A stretch of DNA of 64,000 nucleotides. It comes from Balanoglossus misakiensis. Taxonomy: Eukaryota; Animalia; Hemichordata. The notes under the pieces were generated by a model. The model worked only from the letters and a program-made list of their open reading frames with translations, did no database searches and had not been told where the DNA came from. How positions within the stretch are numbered: position 1 is the stretch's first letter; the number at the start of each line of letters is the position of its first letter. Below are positions 26,581-37,440 of this stretch, piece after piece. The stretch spans positions 10,491,477 to 10,555,476 of the forward strand of contig CM082593.2 in NCBI GenBank assembly GCA_040954595.2, written 5' to 3'. Both the position numbers and the translations under genes were made by a program.

Positions 26581-26655
26581 CATTGAGCGGTCTTAAACTC
26601 GCCCCGGACAAGGAAGAGAATCCCGAGTTGAAACGCAGACAGTTTCAGGCAGCAT
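26581..26655 (-). other. Putative exon B' (copy 2)
   Basis: Four transitions relative to exon B; canonical AG and GT sites. Confidence 0.6.
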
Positions 26656-26858
26656 CTGTGAATCAAATAGACATAGAAGTTAGTAACCAGTCATAGAAGC
26701 TCTGCGTGGCAGGGCTGCGTGTTAACGGCTATACCATAGCTCCCACTGGTAGCTTATAACAGTCTCAATGGTGCCAAAAATCTCCCCAACAACAAAACCA
26801 ACCCTGGTCAGTTTATTCGCTATCGCTTTGCCTTAAAAGTTATACTGTAGTGTGTTAC

Positions 26859-27273
26859 CACAGGGGGCTCCTTCCTCCGCGATTTTATTGTTTGTTTGTT
26901 GTTGTTGATTGGCATAATAAACAAATACATATTTCTTTATTAATAAATATGGTTTGTTGACATGTAAGTGTTAGGGTATATTCAACAGTTAGGGTTACTG
27001 TTGGCATTTTTTTCGATCCACGGCCCCGGGCATCACTAAGCCACAGGGGGTGGGGGGGGGGGTTTGGGGGGGGGTGATGCCGGCCATGGATCGAAAAAAT
27101 GCCAACACTAATTCTAACCGTTGAATATACCATAACCTGTCAAATATACCCTAATAACCTAACCCTTACATGTCAACAAACCATATTTATTAATAAAGAA
27201 ATATGTATTTGTTTATTATGCCAATCAACAACAACAAACAAACAATAAAATCGCCTAGGGAGAGCCCCCTGTG
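26859..27273. mobile_element. Palindromic MITE with CACAG termini and a 7-bp TSD (possibly P superfamily)
   Basis: GTGTTAC-CACAGGGGGCTC...GAGCCCCCTGTG-GTGTTAC, with long near-perfect arms. Confidence 0.85.
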
Positions 27274-27518
27274 GTGTTACGGTACCACCTGCTCCACAAT
27301 AACAAAGCTGACTCGAGCCAACGAACGACGTACAATTTACTCGCACGGTGTAATATAACGCACAAATTCCATGCGACTGTGAGTTTACTGTTTGGTGCTG
27401 TAACGCTTCCCAAAGTCAGAATTTCGATGTTGGGGGGACCCTCTCGCCCTACCACGACCAGTTTTTGCGAGAAGGAGTGTACATGTACTTGTAAAATAAC
27501 ATTAAATGCCATGCTTAC

Positions 27519-27581
27519 CAGAGAAACGACATCATCAAGCATGGAGGCGACCGGGACCTCCATGCTTGATGAACGTCAAAG
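27519..27581 (-). other. Putative exon 'C' containing a perfect 16-bp hairpin
   Basis: Donor CTG|GTAAGCAT has the same context as exon B; the acceptor TTGCAG is weak. Stem TCATCAAGCATGGAGG / CCTCCATGCTTGATGA. Confidence 0.35.
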
Positions 27582-28089
27582 CTGCAATGATTTTTCAAAT
27601 GCAATGGTCAGCGGTACGAGAACGAGGCACCAGCTGTGCGTCAATTATGCAACTTACTTACTACTCAATCAGAATCCTGCTTCAACATGACGTAACACTA
27701 ATTAGTCAAAGAATGCAATGCAACGTATGTGTGCGGGTGGAGAATGCGCCTCACGTCAATGCAGACACACCAGACACACACACTGAAATGCAAATTGAGG
27801 AATTATGTCACGGTGATCTTTGGAAGTGCGAATGAATAAAATATTTCGTTTTCTTCAGTGTTTTTGTACTACAAAAAAAATTGCTAAAAAACGACTAGCA
27901 AGCGCTTATGCAATGAAATACAAATAAATATAATTATCGCCAATTGGAAATGGAACGTCAATCCGCATTTGTCAAAAAATAACAGAAAAGACAAAGGAGC
28001 TGAGACGTCCTAAAATAAAAGGAATGACCTCTCTGTTCTGACCTGTATGAGGAAGCCCTATTGTAATACGCAATATGTAGGATCATGCT

Positions 28090-28400
28090 ACCATCCGCCA
28101 TTCTGATTGGACGAGAGATCAATCCATCGATACGAAAGTACTCAATAGAGCACTGCTAAAACTGGCCCCTGAACTAATAGCATGCAACAGGGAAAACGTG
28201 ACTAAATAAAAAAAAATATAGCTGATAAATTTACGGACGGCCGGTTTATTTTTTAACTGCTCTATTGGAACTGTTGTCACTGTCATGCACGATGCATGTC
28301 TTGTCATTGCGCACTCGTGTTAACATTCATCAGAGCGCCTTTCGATCAATTCGTAACGTTTACATTAGACTCGAGTTCATTTTCGTTATGAAAATGACAT
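28090..28400 (+). repeat. Dispersed repeat, homologous to 31660-31965
   Basis: Shares CTGATTGGAC and TACTCAATAGAGCACTGCTAAAACTGGCCCCTGAACTA, with colinear similarity downstream. Confidence 0.8.
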
Positions 28401-29840
28401 TGATATACACAAAGTCGATTACTGATATAAAATAATAGCAATAACCCTAACCATAGATTAGGCTATAGCATTCCGGTATTTTTTTCAATATCACTCAGGA
28501 AGGATTCTATAACATTCTGTTTTGTATCGGGATGTATAATTTAATATCCATACTACAAAACAAATATCAGCGGTAACTCAGAAAATATTGTTGAAAATTT
28601 GTTCTCTGTAGGCCTAACCATGGTAAGATAATGCAATGCCGGTAAGTATTTTGGAAGTCAAGGTTGCATTGTATTGTCTGGTGTTCAAATAATCACAAAC
28701 ATCCCGGAAGACTAAATTCTTTCTGTCAAAACCACTTCTGCAACGACAAGAACTTTCAGGGCAGGCAAAACCATGGCATGAAGACGATATGAAGTCGATG
28801 AGTTAATGTTATGTTGAACCCGGCCACTTTACGTATCTTAACTATTCACACATTGACCATTCTATAATTCTCTCCCTTTTAATGTCTTCTTTGTGGTTTG
28901 TTTGTAAAAATGTTGCCTGTGTTGAAACTTGACTACTTGTCACTTTTGCCTACCAAGAATAATATGACCAAAAGGGGTGGCATGAAATTCTAGACTGTAA
29001 CAAAACTCGATTTCATGACCCAAAGTTTGATTTTATGTGTTTTTGGTTTGGACGTGGCAAAGACATGTAAATTCCGACCACCTATACACCATCCATACAT
29101 GTATGAATCGACATCATTTATTGCACGAGAGACTTCAAGCAAGCATTCCATCATCGCAAAAGGACAAAGAGAGAGCGACTTTGTCTCTTTAAATTAATTT
29201 AGCAAGTTCAAAGTGAATGCCCACATGAAAACCTTTACTCAGCAATTTTTTTTGTAATTAATAAAACTAGGTTTGGTATGTTTTTGCGCTTGTTTTATTT
29301 TCCTTTTGTCTATAAATAGTCGTATATTTTAAAACAGCTAAAATGAGTCAAATGGGGCATTTTTCCATCCCACCTCATCCTAGCTAAGAGCTTCAGTGCC
29401 GGTCACCTCCACAAAATTAATTTACCACGAACAAATTGAAATACAGCCAATCGGAAAAAGTGCGCCACCACATGGTCATTTGAAGACTTTTATGCTCTCT
29501 TCTGGCCGTAAACGCATGTGATCTGGAATAAATCGAACATCGATCGTGTTTTATTTATTTTCACCACCAGCGAAAATCTACGACGGCCCAACCGCAGATT
29601 ATTGCTGCTCCATACAACAACCGGCTTAAACTGTTCTGTGCATGTGTTTTGTGTTCTGGTGGCGTTTGCGGGTCTGAGACGTCATTTGTAGAAGGCCCTA
29701 TTCGTTTTCTACCAATAACTTTTACCAACCATGCTAGAACTATTTCGTTTTCTTTGACGACGCTTGACACTTTTCTTGCTTTGTTGTTAGTACATGTAGT
29801 TTGTTTGTTCGTTACGTCTGTTACTGGGGTTCTTCACTTG

Positions 29841-32800
29841 TAGTCTGGTTACACTATGAGATAGGTGCCGTTAATCAGAATTTTTGGTAAGGAAGGTTTG
29901 AGAAGTCCATTCTATGTAAAAAATGGTGCTCATTCCAAAAAAGTCAGTCTTATTAACCCCACTCAAGACAAAATTGCCATTTTGGCCATTTTTAACCCCA
30001 AAATGGTCTTTTTTTAGAAAACACTAAAAACACATTGTTTTCGTCACATTCTGAGATCTGATAACATATGATATGCTTATTCTATGTAAAATTTGGTGAA
30101 TATTACGAAAAAAGTAGTTCGATTGACCCAAAACAACAGAAAATTGCCTTTTTGACCAATTTTTGCCCCAAAAACGTCATTTTTAGAAAAAAAATAAAAC
30201 ACACGGTTTTCTTCATAATGATTGATCTGGTGATATATGGAAAGTCAATTCTATGTTAAAAGTGGTGACTTTAAAAAATAAAGCAGTCTTTTTGACCTCA
30301 ATCAATACAAAAATGCCATTTTTGGCCACTTTTTGTGGTCAAAAAAGGTCATTTTTACAAAAAAACTAAAAATAAATTGTGTTTATCATATTCAGAGATC
30401 ATTGGATATATGAAATGTCCATTCTATGTAAAAAATGGTGCTGATTCCAGAAATAGCAGTCTTATTGACCCTACTCAAGAAAAAATGCCATTTTTGCCAC
30501 TTTTTGCCCCAAAACGTCATTTTCAGAAAACACACAAAATTTATATATTTTCTTCACTTTCGGAGATCTGATAATGTATTATATGCCCACCCTATGTAAA
30601 ATCTGGTGATTATTCGAAAAAAGCAGATTTATTGACCCAACCTAATGCAAAAATGCCCTTTTGGAAAGTTTTTGCCCCAAAAGGCCATTTTTAGAAAAAA
30701 AATTAAAAACAAACTTTTCTTCATAAAGCTCAGAGATCATGTGATATATGAAATGTTCATCCTATGTAAAAAATGGTGCTGATTCCAGAAATAGCAGTCT
30801 TATTGATCCTACTCAAGAAAAAATGCCATTTTGCCACTTTTTGCCCCCAAAACGTCATTTTCAGAAAACACTCAAAATTTATATATTTTCTTCACTTTCG
30901 GAGATCTGATAATGAATTATATGCCCACTGTATGTGAAAAATTTCCAAAAAAGCAGTTTTATTGATGCCACTCAAGATAAAAGTGCCTTTTTGGCAAGTT
31001 TTTGCTCAAAAAGTGTCATTTCTAGAAAATACGAAAATTATGCCATTTTCTTCCCATTGGTGATCAAATGATAAATAAAAGTACTAAAAAACCCACTCTT
31101 ACTGACCCCACTGAGGGAAAAAAATATCATTTTGGCCTCTTTGCTCAAAAAGGTAACTGTTAGAAAAAATAAATACAAACTTATTCCTTTATATTCAGAG
31201 CCCTTGTGATGTATGTAAATTCGTTTTTTTTTTTGTGTGTGTGTGCAAAAAATATGCTGATACCAGCACAACGGTCTTATTGAGACACCCCGCTCAGTAC
31301 AAAATTGCCATTTAGCCATCTTTTGGTCAACAATAGGCATTTTCAGAAAACAAATATAATTGATGTTTTTGCCTTTTGTGTTCTGATGTTGTATATGCAT
31401 ATTTAAAACGCCATAACCATATAATGTCAATTAAATTGATGATATTGAAAGACAGGGTTGCCACAATTTGGCAAATTTAGCCCAAAACTGAACTTAACAA
31501 TAAGATGATCCATGTATACGCACTGTCTACTATAAGTCGATTATGCGTGGTGTGGAATATTTAGGTTCAGATATGCCAGCTCGGGAGAGAGTGTTGAAAT
31601 TTATTCTCTTCAATCTGAATACAAAATCAGAAATTATATTATAATTTATATCATGATACCTCCGTCATACTGATTGGACAGGAGTGCAACGATGCTAGAA
31701 TACTCAATAGAGCACTGCTAAAACTGGCCCCTGAACTAGCACGCAGCAGGGAAAATGTGGGTTTAAACTAAATAAACATAAAACCCTTGACGTTTTAATT
31801 TGGAACTGCTGTATGGGAATATTTGGGCAATGTGCAATGCCTTTCTTTTGTCATCTGTATCATGTTTAGAGCTTGGTCCCGGGCGGCGTGTTTACATTCA
31901 TTGACGCGAGTTTTGTTCCATTCGTAACTTCTTTTCCTCTCGACGCTGTTTCATCATCATTATGAGTTCAACTTGGGCTAATTTTGCAAAAACTCCAAAT
32001 ACAAACATTTTTTCGGTACAAAATGGCTAAAATGATAATTTTTTCTTGAGTAGATCTATTTTTGGCTACAAATAGCAAAAAAGGCAATTTTGACAACCGG
32101 AGTGCCGTTTTTGGAATAGTCACCAAATTTTACACAGAATGGACTTTTCATACATGATCAGATCTCTGAATATGAAGAAAACAATTTTTCTTTAGTTTGT
32201 TTGTTTTTAATGAACATTTTTGACCAAAAAAGTGGCCGAAATTACAAATTTCAATTGAATAGGGTAAGTAAGACTTCCGTTTTTGGAACAGTAACCACGT
32301 TTCAATATAGAATGGGCTTTTATTTATAATAAGATCACCGAAAGTGAAGAAAAGAGAATGCTTATTAATATATTCTTAAAAATAACAATTTTGTGCAAAA
32401 CTTAGCCAAAAAGGTGATTTCATCATGGTTGAGGTAATTAAGACTGCATTTCTGGAATCAACACCTATTTTACAATAAATGTACTTTTCACACATCATAG
32501 AATCTCCAAATAAGAATCAAACAGTTTGTTTATAATGATTTTCGAAAAGTGGCTTTTTGGGCAAAAACTTGTCAAAAAAGCACTGTTTTCTTGAGTGGCG
32601 CTAGTAATTTTTTTTGAATTTTTTCACATAGAGTGGGTACATAATACATCATCATCTCCGAAAGTGAAGAAAATATAAAAGTTTTGGGTGTTTTCTAGAA
32701 ATGACACTTTTTGGGCAAAAACTTGCCAAAGGGCACTTTTATCTTGGGTGGCATCAATAAAACTGCTTTTTTGGAAATTTTTCACATAAAGTGGGCATAT

Positions 32801-33931
32801 AATACATTATCAGATCTCCGAAAGTGAAGAAAATATATAAATTTTGAGTGTTTTCTGAAAATGACGTTTTTGGGGCAAAAAGTGGCAAAAATGGCATTTT
32901 TTCTTGAGTAGGATCAATAAGACTGCTATTTCTGGAATTAGCACCATTTTTTACATAGGTTGAACACTTCATATATCACATGATCTCTGAGCTTTATGAA
33001 GAAAAGTTTGTTTTTAATTTTTTTTTCTAAAAACGGCCTTTTTGGGTAATAACTTTCCAAAAGGGCATTTTTGCATTAGGTTGGGTCAATAAATCTGCTT
33101 TTTTGGAATAATCACCAAGTTTTACATAAGATGGGCATATAAGTGAAGAAAATATATAAATTTTGAGTGTTTTCTAAAAATGACGTTTTGGGGCAAAAAG
33201 TGGCAAAAATGGCATTTTTTTTCTTGAGTAGGGTCAATAAGACTGCTATTTCTGAAATCAGCACCGTTTTTTACATAGAATGGACACTTCATATATCCAA
33301 TGATCTCTGAATATGAAAAACACAATTTATTTTTAGTTTTTTTGTAAAAATGACCTTTTTTGACCTCAAAAAGTGGCCAAAAATGGCATTTTTGTATTGA
33401 TTGAGGTCAAAAAGACTGCTTTTTTTTTTAAAGTCACCACTTTTAACATAGAATTGACTTTCCATATATCACCAGATCAACTATTATGAAGAAAACCGTG
33501 TTTTTTATTTTTTTTCTAAAAATGACGTTTTTTTGGCAAAAAATGGTCAAAAAGGCAATTTTCTGTTGTTTTGGGTCAATCGAACTATTTTTTTCGTAAT
33601 ATTCACCAAATTTTACATAGAATAGGCATATCATATGTCATCAGATCTTAGAATGTGACGAAAGTGTGTTTTTAGTGTTTTCTAAAAAAACACCATTTTT
33701 GGGTTAAAAATGGCCAAAATGGCAATTTTGTCTTGAGTGGGGTCAATAAGACTGACATTTTTGGAATCAGCACCATTTTTTACATAGAATGGACCTCTCA
33801 AACCTTCCTTACCAAAAATTCTGATTAACGGCATCTAGCTCCTGGACTAGGTCCCCTGCCCCATTCCCACTGCCATCGGCGCTACGCTCAAGGGCGCAGC
33901 CAGCGGTGGGAATGGGGCAGGGAACAGACTA
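29841..33931. mobile_element. Small AcademH-like palindromic MITE split by a 4-kb insertion
   Basis: 9-bp TSD CTTCACTTG (29832-29840 and 33932-33940); termini TAGTCTG...CAGACTA; GC-rich hairpin body at 33853-33931. Confidence 0.8.
29850..33849. mobile_element. ~4-kb foldback element (Academ-like) whose inverted arms are built of ~170-bp tandem units
   Basis: Arms 29850-~31030 and ~32695-33849 are reverse complements. 3-bp TSD GGT. CTATGTAAA-type motifs recur every ~170 bp. Confidence 0.9.
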
Positions 33932-34035
33932 CTTCACTTGTGGAATAAAGTGCTCATTTCTTGTGTATCTGCATTTTGTCGATGTTATCGCTCCTCTGGC
34001 AGAGAAGCCAGGGTGCTAGCTGTTGGCTTTAATAA

Positions 34036-34289
34036 GGGACTGTTCAGAATTTACTTCCAGGGGGCGGAGAATTTTCAGAGGGGGGGGGGGACCACCCATT
34101 TTCTCCAAGACAAATTAGGGGAGACTAGACATAAAAGTCACAATAGGGGGACCATGGAAAATCCCCAGGAAATTTAAGGGGGGACCACATATTTCCTCCA
34201 CAATTTACTAGGGGAGACCATGGGAAAAAATCACCAGGAAAATAAAAAATCCTCCATCCCCAACTTGGAAGTAAATTCTGAACAGTCCT
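34036..34289. mobile_element. PIF/Harbinger-like MITE
   Basis: TIR GGGACTGTTCAGAATTTACTTCCA / TGGAAGTAAATTCTGAACAGTCCT; flanks TAA and TCA (imperfect TSD); internal GGGGGACCA repeats. Confidence 0.8.
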
Positions 34290-35789
34290 TCATGGTTGTT
34301 TGTTTGTTTGTTTGCCTGTTTGTTTATTCGTATCTTTGTTTGTTTGTGTATTCTATCTCATTTAATATGATGCTTCTGTCACATTTGGCATTTACTGTCG
34401 CATAAACAATGACCGAACCGACTCGACTGCGTTTGGATGCACGATGGACTTAAGAGTGAATCCATCGGTGTTTACCGGCCAAAACAAAACCGTTTGATTT
34501 CTTTAAGACTGTTGCAACAAGTGAGACCCTAGTACATATAGTATATAAATCAGAAGTCCGGTGCATGTTTGCCAGTGACACCTACCACAAAATGGTATCG
34601 CCCAAATAATGTTGGGCGCGCCCGTGGAAGTTATAAGCCCGGCGCTTTTTCCTCATGATTAATAAAACAGTTAACACAACATTGGAAATTCAGCCAATTT
34701 GTCCCTGTTTTGTAGAAATAGTGCGAGCTATACATGGCGAAAAGTTTTTCAAAAAATAGATCAAAATGGGAATTCAAATTAGTGAATATTATTGGCACTT
34801 ACAGAGTTTTAATTCAAAATAGAGGATTCATTCCAATGAATATGCAAGTCAAGAAGTCACATAGGGATCATGAAAATGACCTATTGATCATGTCATGATG
34901 ATTATGTACAAGAGAGAAGTAAAAAACTGGTTATTGCTTGAATTTCATGTTTCTTTTTAATCAGATGTAGTCAACAGTCTTTCAACAAGTCTATAACATG
35001 ATTTTGAAATGATTTTCAAAAGTACACAATTCCATATGAAAATGTTACTTTAAGATTTGTAAATTTTTCTGTATATTTGAGTTCACGTGCATAGGCTGAC
35101 TCAAACATTCTTTGCATCAACATTTACCGTCCTGTCAAAAATCTTGCCTGTAGTCCAGGTTTTACATTTGCACTTAATAGCATTATAACACCATCATGTC
35201 ATCCACATGTTACCCTCACAGCCAGTCACTGTGTGTATATTGTGATTCATGAAGTACATGTAGTGCTACATATTTTTGTGGAGATGAGACACACACACAC
35301 ATAGCAACCGATAGACAGACTGCTTGATAATATGCTCTGACTGATCCCTAAAGCTGAAACTTGTATGTGTTTGTACATACAACACAAAGGAACTAAAAAT
35401 AGGGCATTCACATAGGGACCATTGAAAGTTTTCTGAAACATCTCAACTCAAACATTGACATAAAAAATACTTTGTGAACAATTAAAGTCTTCCTGGAACG
35501 TTTCAGATTTGAGACGGTTTTGCCAGCCAGACCTGATCCGGTGTAATGATTAACACCTCTTCGCAACCCATTGTCTATGGGGCCGAGCCTCGCAGTGCCT
35601 ATACATAAACTTTGTGTGTGTGGACACAAACGACTCAAAGGATTAATGCTCTGTGTTTACCATAGGCAAATAGTGTCTCAAATTTTTCCCTGCCTGAACC
35701 TGGTATCTGAAATGTTTCTCATTTTACCCAGTGTAAACATGGTGAAAGACAAAATGTCCTATACCTGTATAACATAGATCATAAATTTA

Positions 35790-36250
35790 TAATACCAGGG
35801 TTTACTTGGTCTGATTGAAGCTCTGTAATTGGTTGAAGCAAGGGTTTTTATTACATATGTACCGTCGATTACTTGCACCGAGCGCGCGCGTAACATCGGT
35901 ATTTGCACTCAGTGCAATACCAAAAACATTATGCTATACCTGTATGCAAATGAGTGGCCTGTTCACGAAACAAGCAATATCATTCCGCGGTCTCATTTCT
36001 TTCATTTTCGGTCTTTTTTTCAAAATGGGATGAACATATGTAATAAAAACAGAACCCCATGGCTCAATCGTGCAAGCACGGCGTACCGGTAGTATTTGCA
36101 CTCATGCTGGCGGTGTATTCTTGCTGCCCCCCGCACGAGCGACAGCGAGTGCGGGGGACGGGCGCAAGAATACACCGCCAGACACTCGATGCAAATACTA
36201 CCGTTACGCCGTGCTTGCACGATCGAGCCATGGGGTTCTGTCATAACATT
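35790..36250. mobile_element. Non-autonomous repeat with a long GC-rich terminal hairpin (family uncertain, Crypton-like architecture)
   Basis: Inverted pair TTTTTATTACATATGT / ACATATGTAATAAAAA plus a ~190-nt hairpin at 36049-36241. Confidence 0.55.
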
Positions 36251-36951
36251 CTCTACTAGAAGACCTGAACAGTAAATAACTGAAATAAAATACACAAAAG
36301 AGAATGCATCTGAATAGAACACAATTTATTAACTTGGATTGGTCATGGGCATCAGGGCGCTCTACTTAAGAAATTCTAGAACATGTTTGTACAAGTGGCA
36401 TTTTCATGAGCAGTGAGCAACGAGGCCTTTCTGGCATGTAATACTTAAAATCCAAACATCAGATTTTTTATCACACAAAATCATATTATATATAATGACA
36501 TTATAAATGGTGTGCGCTTATATTTGGTTACGGATTTAAAACCTCTTTGAGGAAAATTTTGCAGAGAGGTCTTGTATCTACAACCAAATAACCACTATGT
36601 TCATATCATTCAGATTGCTCAGTACTATCAGCGAGTTCACCAGTGGTTTCCAGAAATCTATAGGCTAAACATATGCCATTTTCATTGTGCCTCCCCCCAT
36701 CTATTTCAATACAATAAATAATGGCTGGCTTGATTTTTCACCAGGACTTTTCAACAATAGTTTTTGTTAAGATATAGACAACATTCCAGATGTGTATGAA
36801 AACTCGAGGAAAATAATAACATTTGACCTGTCATCAGTTGTGAATTAATTAAATATTTTCATAAACTACACATTATAATCAAATTTAAACTCGTATGTAA
36901 TGAATAATCGTCTCAACATAAGAGCTGCTAAGGCTAGACTCAACAGCACTA

Positions 36952-37440
36952 TCAACACGAAAGAATTACTATTTTCTTGCTGACGTATCTGGCGATTATT
37001 CTGATTTGATAGTGTGTCGTTTCTTCTTCTGGGTTGCTCATACCCTTGCTGGCTGACATTTCTTTGTCGTATGTTTGTCTCTGTGGTAGCATTGTCATTG
37101 GCATTTCTCTGGGGGTGTTTTCTGTGTTGGCAGTTGCAGGTTCTGGTGCTAGGGGAGTGTTGACATCTGCCTGGGGTGTTGCATCGGCTGGCGGTTGAAC
37201 GGTGTTGTCGTTGTTCGATGCCGCATCTCTGTGTCGTGGCGGCTGTCCGGCTCCTGCAAACGCAGCGTACTGAGACACGAATGGGTTCGGGTATGACATC
37301 TGCTGGAAGTGTTGCTGGTATGCTGCGGCTGGATAGGGTGGGGGTTGTTGGTTCGCAGAAGCTACAGGCTGGGGTGTGTTTGTGCTTGTGCTTGTTGTGG
37401 CAGTATCAGCAGAGGTTGCTATGCTTTTCTTTGTCTCTTC
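36952..37440 (-). CDS. Putative coding exon: low-complexity P/Q/T/A-rich C-terminal segment with a PPPY motif
   Basis: Strong acceptor CTTTTTATCCTCCACAG|GAA, then an open frame of 162 codons (EETKKSIATS...QQPPPYPAAAYQQHF...ILSC*). Locally GC-richer. No upstream exons were identified. Confidence 0.55.
   Translation of the reverse strand, partial: EETKKSIATSADTATTSTSTNTPQPVASANQQPPPYPAAAYQQHFQQMSYPNPFVSQYAAFAGAGQPPRHRDAASNNDNTVQPPADATPQADVNTPLAPEPATANTENTPREMPMTMLPQRQTYDKEMSASKGMSNPEEETTHYQIRIIARYVSKKIVILSC

Larger units (their letters stand above)
22830..26703. repeat. Tandem segmental duplication, copy 2
   Basis: Colinear with 14635-20220. It lacks the Harbinger MITE and the 19030-19650 segment, and carries a Kolobok MITE and ~225 extra bp at ~25230-25455. 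Confidence 0.92.

Noticed and set aside
30068-33634. Paired similar ORFs on opposite strands
   Set aside because: They are mirror translations of the foldback arms.
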